A DNA stretch of 64,000 nucleotides from the human T2T-CHM13v2.0 reference genome, Homo sapiens: assembly GCF_009914755.1 (NCBI RefSeq), contig NC_060937.1, one strand, 5' to 3'. Each line of letters opens with the position of its first letter. Within the stretch, counting starts at the first letter, position 1. The position numbers and the translations under genes are program-made. Positions 1 to 14,430 of this stretch are shown in pieces. Below the pieces are notes generated by a model. That model saw only the letters and a program-made list of their open reading frames with translations. It was not told the DNA's origin and searched no databases.

Positions 1-285
1 CTCTTCAGAATGGTTAAAATATACTGGCAACAAAAAAAAGCAATTTTTACAAATGATTTAAAGCATGCAAATCATTTGCTTACTATTTTTCACACTAAAC
101 ATACAAAGAATATAGACATTATGTATGTTCCAATCACATTGATCCTGCAGAAAATAACTATTCTTTGATACTGGTTTTCCTTTGATCACAAATAGATGTG
201 AGGGCAAAATGCCCTGTCTTATCACTTATTTATAAATAACTGATGGCCAAAATGGATAATTGTCATGATAGAAGTTATTGACACT

Positions 286-499
286 GGCTGGGTGGGGTGG
301 CTTATGCTTGTAATCCTAGCACTTTGGGAGGCCAAGAAAGGCAGGATCACCTGAGGTCAGGAGTTTGAAACCAGCCTGGCCAACATGTCTAAACCCTGTC
401 TCTACTTTAAAAAAAAAAAACTATTTGGTTTTGGTGGCGGGCACGTGTAATTCCAGTTACTTTGGGAGGCTGAAGCAGGAAAGAAACTTGCAGCCTGGA
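286..499 (+). mobile_element. Alu (AluS-like), 3'-truncated
   Basis: ggctgggtgg...gtaatcctagcactttgggagg, left arm plus A-linker plus partial right arm; no poly(A) tail. Confidence 0.9.
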
Positions 500-2001
500 A
501 AACATTCACAAGATTGTTATATGACATTTATAACAGGAGTACTTCCTATATCAACTTACTAGAATTTTGGAGACTGACTTTAAAATATGATAATAAAAAA
601 GAAAAGGCAGGGAATTGAACTTTCTTCTCATGTTTATTACAAATTTTACAGGGAGCCAGAGTCTCATTTATGTCACCTTAGATTATTTTACAAGTTTGGA
701 CTTGCAAAAATGTGGCAAAGTTTGAATGCCTGATACCTTTTTTTGGAAAGCAGCTAGAATATGTAATGCACTGACCTTTTGGTGTTCATTTTGATTGGTT
801 AATGATTACGCCTTTACAGCTCCGTCAGATTGTAAACAAGGGGACAAAACTGAATATATAAGGTCAGAGAAGTGTAGTGACAAAATTTATGAATGCCCTA
901 TACATTTCCTATGAATAAAAAATGATTAAAATTCATATTTGCCTTTTAAATACATACATAAGAAACAGATATTAAAAATTAATTCAAAGCATACATTACC
1001 AAATATATTCTTAATTTTGTATTGAATAAACCTTATTTAGGTGTACCTTTTTCTACGAAGATGTCTTCATTAAACTATTTTCCAAATTATTTTTAAAGAT
1101 GAATAGCATTGAGTTTGCATATAGTTACGATAGTACTGAAAAGTCCTCAAAATTTAGGTTTTCGTTTTCAGCTTTGTTTCTCTTTTCTAGTGAATAATGA
1201 CTTAATAAATAATCATTTAACAAAATCGAAATCTCAAAGGTACATATAAACAATATAAATAACCATCCTTACTACAGTTAACTTTGTGCTTTTCTTTTAA
1301 AAAAAAAAAGCATCCAAATAAAGACAGACATATTCATGTAATAAAATCTTAGCAATCCCTGCAATAATCTGCCAGAATTATCAGCCCTCCCATCTTAACT
1401 CCGGACAGAATGAAAAAAAAAAAAAAAAAAAAAAAAACTAGTTCTCTCATATTATTCTTTGAGCTCCAACTAGGAAAAATTACTGAAAACAGCCAGATGT
1501 TACAACTGTTTTGAGCAGGGAAGTCACACCGTGCAGGAGGACTCCATGGTAGAAACTGTTTAAAAAAGGTTCTTTTTACTTGAAATTACACAAGAAAGCA
1601 GAAAATGACATTGCAAAAAGGAAAAAAAGTATAGGCAGGAACATTGTTAACAGAAGCCAGGTGACAATGAGAAGTAAAGAGTAGAAAGCAAGCAACACTT
1701 TTGACCATTGAGAATGAGGAAAGTGGAAATTGAATGGCTCATGGATAAAAATAGTCACCCACATGTTAATAACATATGTGTTCTGCAGAGTCAGACTTCT
1801 GCATACACAGAGAGCATCTCTACTGCATGCATGAATTGTGTGTGAGTTTGCTGATAATGAAGAGAGACAAGCTGCTGCATCAACTAATATACTCTGGGAG
1901 TGAAGAGCAGGATAAAAAAAAACTGTAGAGACCACTACTCTAGGTCATTTAAGTATTTTAAGGAGAGAAAAATAACATAATAGAAGAAAGTAATAATTAT
2001 C

Positions 2002-2548
2002 TGTAATGGTGGGATGGGTGGCTTCTGACACAGCTCTCATGTTTCTGATTCCACCTCCCGGTATCTTGTGTTATCTCCCCTTCTGGAGTATGAGCTAGAC
2101 CTGGTGCCTTGCTGCTAAGAGACAGAATTCAACAAAAGTAATGCAGCGTTCCTTCCTTCGTTAGGTAACAAGGAACTATGTCTTGCCTCTTGCTCACCAC
2201 CCCCAACTCTTGCTGGCATTCCCTCTTGCCCTCTCGCTTGCTTGCTTTGATAAAGGGAGTTGCCATGTTGTATGATGCTTTCTGGAGAGGCCCATGTGAC
2301 AAGGAACCAACGGAGTCTATAGCACAACACCTGGCTTAAAACTAAAGCCAACAACTGTGTGAGTGAATTTGGAAATAAATAATTCCCTGTCTAGCCTTAA
2401 GATGACTTCAGACTTTTAAAAGAGTGAGAGTCAGAGGCCACAGCTAATCCACATCTGGATTCCCACCAACAAAAATTGAAACAATAAATGTGTGTTTTAA
2501 AATGCTAAGTTTGGGGGTGATATATTACATATAAATAAATAATAAAGA
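2002..2548 (+). mobile_element. MaLR solo LTR, MLT1F/G-like
   Basis: gccatgttg...ggagaggcccatgtgacaaggaac and the 3' end aataaatgtgtgttttaaaatgctaagtttggggg are typical of MLT1. Confidence 0.75.
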
Positions 2549-3053
2549 TGGTTTGGCATGGAGATAATGACAGAAAAGAATTAGACTATTTTAATAGTCC
2601 AATGAAGAGGTATGAAAGATCTGAATTTCAGTTGAAGCAACGTGAATGATGTAAAAGATAAATGTGAGATTCTATAAGATTTTATAGGATCTACCAATAT
2701 CGGGAGTAGGAGGAGGACAGAGATGGGAGAGAGAAAGGGAGGGGGAAAGAGAAAAGGAGAGGGAAAAGAGGTAAATGAACAAGATGTTTAGTTCAAGTCA
2801 GTGGGAAAATCATTGGTAGAGTTGTATTATTTAAGCATTGATTTAACAATTACTTTCTGAGCATCTGTGATGTGTAAGACACTATGTTATCTGTACTAGA
2901 CACTGAGATGAACCCTCAAAATGGTGATGCCCTCAAAATGGTATAGTGCAAAGTAGTATCATGTGAAAATTTATCTAATGTAGAAATTCATCCAATTAGC
3001 ATTTGAGGAAAGATATATGTGAGTTGAGTTGGACTTTGGATAGTAACATGTAA

Positions 3054-3395
<342 letters not shown>

Positions 3396-3656
3396 AAAAT
3401 ATTTCATCAGAAATATAAAGTCAATAGTTTATTTTCACTAGATTGCAGGTGTATGAAAAAGACAACTGGAAAATTTCTATCAATTCTCAGCCTAAATTTA
3501 ACATCTTATTCTTTAGTGATATCACAGTACAAGTAAATAGATGTCTTGCACATAGGACAAATTATTTAAGTTTGTTGAAGTAGTGAGATGATTGATTTTA
3601 TTTTTAAGTAATAAGTAATGTGGGAAAATCTGCAATCAGTAAGATTTATGTGGATC

Positions 3657-3845
3657 CAGGCTCAACAAACTGCTGCTGATGGGCCGAATCTAGTCTGCAG
3701 CTTATACGTGTAAACAAAGTTTTATTGGGACACAGCCATGCTCATTCATTATGTAATGTCTATGGCTTTGACAGAGACTGTGCTACCTGCAAAGCCAAAA
3801 ATATTTACTATCTGGCCCTGGACAGGAAATGTTTGTCAATCTCTG
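3657..3845. mobile_element. MER58A-like hAT DNA transposon relic
   Basis: aaagttttattgggacacagccatgctcattcatt...gcaaagccaaaaatatttactatctggccct; cagg...ctctg termini. Confidence 0.8.
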
Positions 3846-3960
3846 GTCTCCATCATAAAATGGATTTGAGTAGAGAGAAAAAAACTCATTAAAACATGTA
3901 GGGTGTTAGGTCCTTAAACCAGTAGGATACTAACAATAGAAATGGAAAGGAAAAGTTGGA

Positions 3961-4013
3961 GTGTGTGTGTGTGTGTGTGTATGTATGCATGTGTGTGCAT
4001 TTGTGTGTATGTG
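3961..4013. repeat. (GT)n microsatellite, degenerate 3' part
   Basis: Direct reading. Confidence 0.9.
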
Positions 4014-4409
4014 ATAACTGCTTAAATGCAGGGTACAATATAGAAGAGGAGGCAGTCGTGCTTAGATGGCTCTGAATTGACAGTTTCCTCCATCAATATT
4101 TAAGTGCAATTTTGGAGGAATATGCTTTTCCACTCAACCCTTAAGTCAAGTGGTTTAATCAGCTGGTCATATTTTTTTTTCCTAATGGTTAGAAAGGATA
4201 AACTACTCAGAAGGAAAAGTAGTATTGATTGAGAAAGAATTATAATGGAAGGGGGGGTGATTGCATACTTCTAGGAAAGTTTGAGGAAACAGCGAAAAAC
4301 CAGTGTGTTACTGAACACTTGGATGAAAGCGTGAATGAAAGCAGGTGAGAGCAGCCTTAAAAGGAAGCTAGTTTGAACCAAAAGTAAACACTGTTTTTCA
4401 TAGTGCCTC

Positions 4410-4487
4410 ATATATATATGTGTATATATATATGTGTGTATATATGTATATATGTGTATATATATGTGTATGTGTATATATATATAT
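4410..4487. repeat. (TA)n/(TATG)n microsatellite
   Basis: Direct reading. Confidence 0.9.
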
Positions 4488-5827
4488 CAAAAGATGCTGA
4501 TACTTAATGTATAAATTAGAATATTAGCTTTTTTAAAGTATGAATTGAACTTATACAGGGTAAAAAAAAAATCCAATGATTTAAAATAATCAGGTTCCTT
4601 TTGTTGTTTAAATTCCCTACTGATAGAACTAAATAGGGTTCCCCTAAACAGGGTTCAAGGAGTAGAAACATACATAATGGTACTCAGGATTCAATCGATT
4701 AAATATTAATATTCCTTGAATTAGCAGAGCAGAACTAAGCATCCGAACACCAGATACAGGTCTGGAATAGCAGATACATCTAAGTAGGTTTCAGCTGTCT
4801 AAGGGCACATGCCTAGTACAGGGACATGAACAAAATGCTGGGTAAACAGGGATAAAAGCTCTATGAGGGATGTTTAACATTGAAATGTATAAAGTTTTTA
4901 TTTAACCACGAAGTTTTCTATATTGGCTAAGATTTTATAATGATAATGAATTATTCATGTGAAAATTAACTTTTTTTTGTATTTTCAAAGAAAAAAGCAC
5001 AAATACACCCATAGAACAGTGTGAAATACTATCTTTCACAATGTACACCAGGCCAGGAAATTATTGGGTTGATTTGAGTCAACAAAATTTCACTTTGCGA
5101 TGAAATAAGACAATCCTGGAGGGACCAGGGTTTCCATTTGCCTGGGCTCCTTCTGATGGCATCTTTACTCTCCAGGTGAAGGGATGTTTCTGAGATCAAT
5201 CTTCCTCTCCTTTGATATTTACCTTCTTTTAAAACCTACTGAATATTGACTTACTCAGCTTTTCCCTATTCTTCGGGTTTCCTCTGGGTCCTTTGATAAT
5301 AGATGCTGGTATCCCTGTCTGTCATTCACTCCTATATGGTTCTCAGGGTTTGTTGTTCCTCCCTCTGCTAACCTGAGCCCTACAGGCCAAAGTAAATTAC
5401 TCTCCCAGCACCTTTTATAGAGAGTGGTTCATAGTAGTTTTCCTGACACTTTCACCAGTGACACCTATGTTATTACACATTTCTCTCCAAGAACATCTCT
5501 AAAGCCTTTATGATTTACACATTTGAGTTACCTTAGACCAACTGACCAAAACACAAGATATGCTGTCACATTTTAAGCTGCTTCCTCAGAATATGTTGGT
5601 TGAAATCTACTGCCTTTCCCTTGTCCTGGGTTTCTAAAGACCTGTAGGGTAGTTTCTCAATAACATATCTTAATAATATCTCAGAATGATTGTTATACCA
5701 ACAAGACATTTTTACTTCATTACTCTGTCAGAGAACTCGGTCTCATTAGCAAAACCTGTTTAGAACAGCCATCTTAAATCCTTGTTGGACCAATTGCAGG
5801 CATGCTTTTAATTTAAGAAGTAATCCT

Positions 5828-6167
<340 letters not shown>

Positions 6168-6559
6168 TCATTGCAAGGGAGAGAGCCTGCCTCAAAAACA
6201 TGGCCAACCCCCTTGTTCAACACATTTCTAAGATTTTGAAGCTGAATAGGGTGAAATGCTAAAGGCCTAAGCTCAACACCCCTGAAATTTAATCTCCAAC
6301 AGAATTTTGAGACTAATGAGATTAAATCTGAGACTAATTTTGAGACTAATGACTAATGAAGTAGTTCCAGCAAGCTCTCAATCAAAACCTCAAAAGGATC
6401 ATACTTCAGAAACAGAGATAAGCCAAAGATGGCAGAGTCTTACTGAAACTAAACCTCAATCCTGACTACTTCAATCTCTGATTGTATTGATAATGACTTT
6501 CTCCCAACCCTATCTTCTCATTAGAGAAAAGTGGGAATACATTCTAAAACTAACATTAT

Positions 6560-9460
6560 CAGAATACTTCATTATTCTTTTATATAGTGTCCAGCATGAT
6601 ACGAAAAATGTCTAGATATGTGAAGTGGCAACAATTTTATTAACAATCAACAAAACACATGTGCACAATAAGCACAGCTCCACAGATTCACAGTTCAGAA
6701 TTAAGCGGACAAATTTAGAATAACCATTGCTAATATAATAAAAGTAGACAAACTGGATGAAATGGAGATTGTAGCAAAGATTTAAATCTATAAAAAATCA
6801 TAGACATTCTAAAACAGAAATACAATAATTGAACTTATGTCACTGAATAGGTTTGCTTTTGAATAAGTGTGGTAAAACAACCTGAAAAGAGATTCATAGA
6901 AATAATGTAAATTGATCTGTAGAAATAATCTCAACTGATGAGATTGAATAAAGCAGAACAAAACAAGAAAGACATGAGGCACAGTCAAAACATCTACTAT
7001 AACTGAATTGGACATAAAGACAAGTGAGAGAGAATAGAGAATAAGCAATATCAGAAGAGCCGTTGGTCAAAAATTTTGTAAAATTGATAAAGAATATTAA
7101 CCTACTTGCAAGAAACTTAACAAAACCTAAGGAACATAATACAAATAAAACCTTACCTGACTAGATTATAAGCTGCTGAACTAAAACAAAAGCCTCAAAA
7201 GTAAGTAAAAGAGCACAGATAAGTATTCCAAGAAAAACTCTGGAAGCTGGAGACAATGAAATGGCATTTTAACATGCTGAGGGGCAAATTTGCCAGTCTA
7301 AAATTTAATAACCAGTGAAAAACACAAAAGTGAGACACAGTAAAATATATTTAGACAAGTAATTGTTGAGAGAATGTTTGCCTAGGAGACCCGAACTACA
7401 GAAATACTAAGGAAAGTTCTTCGGACTAAGAAAAAATTATCCCAGCTAGAAGCATGCAATTAGAGGAAGCAATGATGTTAACTGAAAAAAAAAAAAAGTC
7501 TTAAAATATTGGCACAAGAAGTTCTAAAAATCTGAGTAAGTTCTGTATCTGTTATAGAAACTATATGATTAACACATTTTACAAACACACACACACACAA
7601 TTCCAACCACATGTGGATTAGCTGGTGAATTCTTACCAAAACTTAAGGAACTAATTGGACTAGGCTTACACAAGCATTTTCAGGAAATAATACAAAAGAA
7701 AGAACACTTAATTTTTTGTGGGAAGCCAGTAATCATTGACACAAAAATCTGAAAGATGTTGTAAGAAAAGTAATTTATAAGGAATATTCGCCATGCAAAT
7801 AAACATGAGAAGTAAGGATAAATATAATTAACTTGTCTTTTAGAAAGTTTAAATGTTGTATAAAATATATGACAACAAAGAGTGGGAGTAGCCAAATAGT
7901 GTTTAACTGTCCTAAGGTCCTTATATTGTTGGAGAAGTGGAAAAAGTGCTAATTAAGGTAGTCCACAATAGTCTAGAATAAATAATGGATTATGTAGATA
8001 AAGTACTGAAAAGGAATTACAAGTATTTTAATAAGATGAAAAATAAATAATTATTCTAAAAATGGCAAAAAATAAGAAAAAGATAGTAAAAAAACAGAAA
8101 CAGAAGATTAAATCCAGAATTAATAAAGAACTCTTAAAAATCAATTTGAAAAATTCAGAAAATCTATTTTTTAATGGACTAATGACTTGAATAGGCACTT
8201 TATTAGCAGATATTTAAAAACCTAAAAGCCTAAGAAAATCATTAATTGCTCAGAAATGCAAATTAAAACGGCCTTAAACACCACTATATACCCACTAAAT
8301 ACCCAAAATTAAAATGACCGATAATATCAAGGGTTTCAGAAGGTGTGGAATAACTACCACTCTTATAGACTGTTATGTGAATGTAAATCTGAAAAACCAT
8401 ATTGAAAATTTGTTTGGCGATATCTACTAAAGTTAAATGTATATGTACCTTTTGACCCAGCAATTCCACTCCTGGATGTATATATTCAAGATCATTGAGT
8501 ACTTCAGTCTATGTCAGTCTATCAAAAGATATGTATAAGATATTCAATTAGCGTTATTTATAGTAGCCCAAAATTAGAAACAGGTGAATCATCTAATAAC
8601 ACAGTTATATATTTATAAAATGGAATACCCCTATTAAAATTATAAAGTATGAACTATAGGTATATATAAGAATCTCATAAATGTTTAAAACCTAATGTTG
8701 AATAAAATCAGTCATATGCAGGAGCATGTATACTGCATGATACTATTTTTATGAAGCTCATTAATAGCCTATTAACATTATTAATGGAATGAATCTATGT
8801 AAACAGCGGTCAGTATAGGAGTTACCTTTTTTTGGGTTGTGGTTATTGACTGAGATGGCAAGAAGGTTTATGGGGTATTTCTAAGATGATTTTTTTTATC
8901 TAAGTTTTTCCATGTATATGAACCTATGTGAAAATTCAATAAGGAGTATACTTAAGATCTGTATACTCTGTTACGTGTAAATTATATATTAATATTTAAA
9001 AGAAGAAAAATAAGTAGATTAATAAAGCACATTTTGCCTATCTATGACCCACCATTATACACTTAAGTATATACCCACAGATATAACTGGGAATTTTTTA
9101 CACCAAAAGACTTTTATTACAATATTATTTTTATATCCATACACTCAAAACAGTTCAATTGTCCACCAAGGGCAGAATGTAAACATATTTTATTGGATCA
9201 TTGATATAATAGAATAAAATACAGCAATTAAAGAACCGTTGCTACATCTGTGATGTCACAAATATGCTTGTATTCATATAAATTTCCTCAGGAAAAAATG
9301 AAGCTATGGTAGAGGAAGTCAAAAGAGTGTTATATTTGGTGGAAGAAAATTAATGAGGCATAAAAGAGGCTTCTGAGGTGCTCTTGTTTATGATGGTCAC
9401 ATGACTGAGACTATATTGAAAGATTGTGAAAATCGTACATGTATGATTTATGCACTTTTT
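6560..9460 (+). mobile_element. Cluster of old L1 (L1M/L1ME) fragments: ORF1-like, ORF2-like and 3' UTR pieces
   Basis: A-rich strand bias; motifs such as gaaatactaaggaaagttctt, tggtgaattcttaccaaaacttaagg, agaaatgcaaattaaaac, gacccagcaattccactcctgg. Confidence 0.7.
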
Positions 9461-9472
9461 AGTCTATAACAA

Positions 9473-9952
9473 TGTATTCATTTGTGGGAGCTATTCTCCA
9501 GGGTACCACAAACTGGGTTGCTTAAAACACCAAAAATTTATTGTGTCACAGTTTGGGAAGCTTGAAGTCTGAAAACAAGATGTAGTCAAGGTAGTTTCCT
9601 CCAGAAGGATATGAGGGAGGCTGTCTGTGTTTCCTGAATCTCTTGCAGGTTCTGGTGGTTTGCTGGAAATCACTGGTATACCTGAGTTTACAGGTGTGTC
9701 CGCCCAGTCTCTGACTACACGTGGCATATTCTTTGTGTCTCCGTATAGTCTTCCCTCTGTGCGTATTCCTCTGTGTTCAATTTTCCCCTTTTTATAAGAA
9801 TACTAGTAATATTGGATTAGGGCCCACCCTAATGATTCCATTTAAACTTGATTACCTCTGTAAAAACCCTATTTCTAAAGTCACATTCTGAAGTATTGGG
9901 GGTTAGGACATTAGCATATATTTTGGGGAAAAACATATTTCAACCCATAACA
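9473..9952 (-). mobile_element. MLT1C-like MaLR solo LTR
   Basis: tgtatt...taccacaaactgggttgcttaaaac...ttggattagggcccaccctaatga...caacccataaca. Confidence 0.85.
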
Positions 9953-12900
9953 TATAATTCAATTTTTAAAATCCCAAAATTAGCCTAAAATGGAATGAAA
10001 TTGAAATAAATATCACAGAGGCCTGCAATATGGCTTGATTATATAATACCTATTTCTAAAGCAAATGTTACAATGGCTTGAGACATATTAGAATTGAAAA
10101 TTTTTGAGCTATAAGACACATAAGAAATTTTAAGCTCCTCATTTTTTTTTGGATGAGACATTTATTAGTCTCAACAAGATTGATTTTCTTTTAAGGTCAC
10201 ACATTTAAATAGTTAACAGGAGAAATATTGACCAGAATCGTAGTCAAATACCCACCTACCCCCTTTCCAAGACAACTAAGGTTTCAAATGGCACCCATTT
10301 TTCTCAAATTATTTCTAGAATATTTAGCAAAAGAGGCTTTCAATTTGGCATATCTTTGTCTACAATTTTGTAGTTTATGTAAAGAAAGGTAGCTTAAGGG
10401 AATTTCATTTTAAAGGTGAGAATCAGAATGACATTTGTGAAGCTATGATGCTGTGCCATCTGGCGTACACGAGGGTGTCGTACTAAATGGGATCAGAATG
10501 AGCTCCTTTTGGAAGGAAACCTTTAATAGACTGGGAAACTTTAGGGGAAACTTCCCTTTTTAATAGAGCATTTGAAAATGAATTCTGCATAGCTGGCTAA
10601 TGAAGGAAATCCAGATTTGTTGCCAAAACCAAGTTTTAAAGGAATTTGCAATCCTTCACAGTTCATTCAAGGAGGCAATGGAAATTTTGATGAAGAAAGT
10701 TTTTAAAATCTTTCTTAAAAGGAGCCCTTACTTTGGCATTGTATCATGATTAAAGTCTTCCTCCCTCCCTCTCTCCCTTCTATGCTTTTTGTTTCTTTTC
10801 TATCTTTCAATGACATCAGTCTCATGGAGATAAATGGTTAAAAGACAATGATTACAACACACAGAGTTGAGTGACACAAATCTTGTTGTAGTGTTAGAAA
10901 TACATCAGTACATTGGGGTCATAAAGCGAAAAGGCAAGGGAAAAAAATCTAAGTTAAGAACAGAAAATGCTGATTCCCGCAGTCCATGTAGAAAATACAT
11001 GTTTTTTTCTGTCCGTGGAGATAACTGAGATTAGTTAGTATTGTCAATTCTGTGCCTTCTGACTGAGCCAGGTGAGGCAAAATTTAGCAGATGAGTTGAG
11101 GGACGAAAACTATTACCTTGGCAATATAGACATTAATACTGTCTACATTGCTTACTGGGAAATGCATGCAAAATTAATACACTCTTGGTAGTATGGGTTG
11201 GCTTCACTTCTGTAGAGTGTGGTTAATAGAATGCTGATTCAACAGGCAATGTAGAATTGTCTAAAATTCATCTTCAATGAGTTCATGGCATATTTTGGAA
11301 TTTATTCACTTGTTTGCCTCAGGAACAGTAGCTGTTCAGTTTTGTTCTGTCTTTGATTTTGAAAATTAGGTTACTGTGCTCTGTAGTGTTTGGAAGATGA
11401 CATGGCATAACCAGGCAAACAGCTAGGCATTTTCTCACAGTGAATTACCAGTGCCCTTACTTGTCATGATACCCACAACAGGCAAAGGCAGTTTCCTGAG
11501 GCAATCCAGGCCACGAAGAACTGTACATTTGGGGAAAACATATCTTCAAATATATACGTTAAAATGTAAAAAGTGTTAGTTTGTATTACTTTTGTGGATA
11601 TTTAAACATTCCCTATGCATATAAAGACCTAGTTAAAGAGATGAAGGCTTTTGGCATGTTCAATAAGCAACTCCTTGATGAGAAACCACACTATAAATAT
11701 AATAAATAGGACTTAATAAAATTGAAAAATAATGAGATTAGTTACTGTTGAACTATTTTTGCTTAGAATGCCCCTGGATTTCAGTCATAGAAATTCACTT
11801 GTACCTGGGTCAGTTACAAGTTCTTATTTGTGATGGTTTCTGTTCCATTGGCAATTACAATTTTGATAAGTTGAATAAAATATCTTTCTAAAAGGGAGTT
11901 CTTATATTGGCAATGTATCATGATGAAAGTTTTCTTGCCTCTTTCTCTCCCTCCCACATATACATTTTCGTGTCAGTATATGTATATGTGATTTGTGCCA
12001 TTCGTGTGTGTGTGGGCAAATGAAAGTGGCATCAAGAAAATCTTACATTTAAAAAAATTGGGGTAGTATAATTCTTATGCATCACATACTGCATAATGTT
12101 TGACTATTAAGAAATTTGCGTCACACATCTAATTATTTCATTAAACATGTTAGAGGCAATTAATTTACTTATACCCTCCATTTCCTTTTCCCCCCTCTCT
12201 GGTTCTCCTGCTGCAGGGTCATTATACATTGCTTACTCACAAAATGTCCTTGTTTTTTTCCCTTACTCCTGTCATTGATCTTCTGAATCTTTCCAGTGAA
12301 CTTAACATGGATGTTTTGATAGAAAGCTCTGACATTAACTCTGGAGTTGTTTTGCAAGGCAGGTTGTTTGCTTTTTCACCAATTTTTTTCAGGTCCTTGA
12401 AGTGTTTTCATATAGATGTTTCACAAGAGCCATTTCAGAATTGAGAACATTTGGCGTGTACTCTTCCTCTTTTGGTCCCACGATTTTTCTGAGTCCTACT
12501 TGAGGTTATGTTTTCTCCCCTGTTTCAATTGTAATATTTCACTTACTCGTTAGTTTTTAGTTTGAACTCTCCTGGGAGGTCTAATGTAGAGTTTGGACAA
12601 CGACACAAATTCATAATAAACCTACCCAGTCAATTTTGGTATGAGGGCTTAGAAGGTGGAACTGGCCACATTTTGAACCAGAGGTAAGGATCAGGAATGG
12701 TAATGGAGAGACATACAGGATTTTCTTATGGGAACAAGAACAAATAACCTCTGGGCAGTATTAGAGCCAAGAGAGTGATAAGCCTTTTCTAACTTCAATA
12801 TTCTGTGTACAAATTCACAAGACTTTTATAAATTGCCAGACTGCATTGCATAAACCAAATGCCAACAGAGCAGTGACCTTTCAAATTACTGGCACAACAG

Positions 12901-14289
12901 GAGCCGAGATCAGAAAGTTCAAACTTTAAAAGCAAACACTGACAAGAAATCCGACAGAAATGACTTCGGTGTCTGGTCAACTTAACATAACATGACACAT
13001 TGTAAAGCGCGTTCGGCTTTTTAGGTAGAATTGTCTATAAAGGTTTAACTGCTTTAGAAAATATAAATGTGAAGATTTGTGGTATTTGGGTTTATGTACA
13101 CGGTATTTCTACATTTGAAAGAGACAGTAGAAAAGTTTGGTATAAGATTTGTAAAATATGTTTGTAATCATGCTAATGGAAGAGGTGAGAGTTGGGTGGA
13201 GTGGCGTGTAGATGGAAACATAGTTTGGGGATTGGGGAAAGGGAATTATGCTCTAAATAGTGAGTCATGTTATATAAAGTCTGTTTTGTGTCTCAATTGA
13301 AATATGTTGTAGAGATAAATTTAAAATAGATCATGATGGATTTTGAATCTGATTTCTAATTTTAAAATATTACGAGCTTTTGTTGCTTTCCTATTTCATA
13401 CACATTTCCTTATGGGTTTCACTTAGTCTCCATGAAATTGCAGATGCCAATTACCTTTTAACAAAATTAAATTCACATATATTTATAATTGCATGTATAT
13501 ATCCATAATTTTTTATTCTATACATGATATATTATTTAAAGATGGTTTATCAATCACAAAATAAAAAGTATAATTTTTCTATACCTTCAGTTTTCTGGTT
13601 TGAATTTTTTCTGGCAACACTAATTTTCACCTACCTATACTCATTATAGTATAAAAGTGTACAAGTGCATATTTTACCATGTTTACATTTGAATGGGTGA
13701 CTAGAGGTACATCTATGATGACTAATACTTTCTAAACACATATTTACTTCTCATATATCTGTGTAAATGATCGTAAGAGGAAGGGAAAAATGGAGATGTA
13801 TCATTATGTATACTGTCTTAAAGCATATTCATCTGCTCTCATGTTTGGAGATATTTGAATATGATGAATGTTTCTCTTTCACCACTAACAGGTTGTATGT
13901 GTGAGCCAGATCTTATTGCAAGTGTTTGAAAGGCTATAGCAAATATGGGATATTGCCAGACAGTTAGTAAAAAGCAAACTGATTCTATTGAGAAATTAAT
14001 TCACCAGCTGAAAGAAGTACATTTGCTTAAGAGTCATCAGATATTCTACCCACCAGACTCATCTCCAAGATAGCATCCCTAATGAGCTTCCTAAACCAAC
14101 TAAACATAAGCAGGAAGCATCAGTCATCAAAACTATTTTTGGCTAATCAGCTGACTGCACAAACTGCATGGCATTGAGGAAAGGAAGCACATTCCGAAAG
14201 TTGTTTTTTTTTTTCATCCTGTCCTCACTTTGTTGGTTTCTCAGTTTTACGGATGCAGTGTCATGCGCAGAACCCTGTAAATGAGCATA

Positions 14290-14430
14290 GTTCGTTCAAG
14301 TATATAAAGTGCTTTCCCATGTATTATTATTCAGTAGAATAAATTGAATTTAACAAGCTTAAGTGATTTGCCTAAAGGCACACAATTAATGTGTGGCTGG
14401 AATTCAAAATTGTGTCTTTTCCTCTGTTCT
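14290..14430 (-). mobile_element. MIR fragment
   Basis: core ttaagtgatttgcctaaaggcacaca...ctggaattcaaa. Confidence 0.55.

Noticed and set aside
1413-1437. Orphan A25 tract as a possible retrocopy tail
   Set aside because: No adjacent poly(A) signal, recognisable body or TSD found.
6301-6360. Repeated gagactaat motifs resembling a repeat-spacer array
   Set aside because: Irregular short slippage duplications; eukaryotic DNA, not CRISPR-like.
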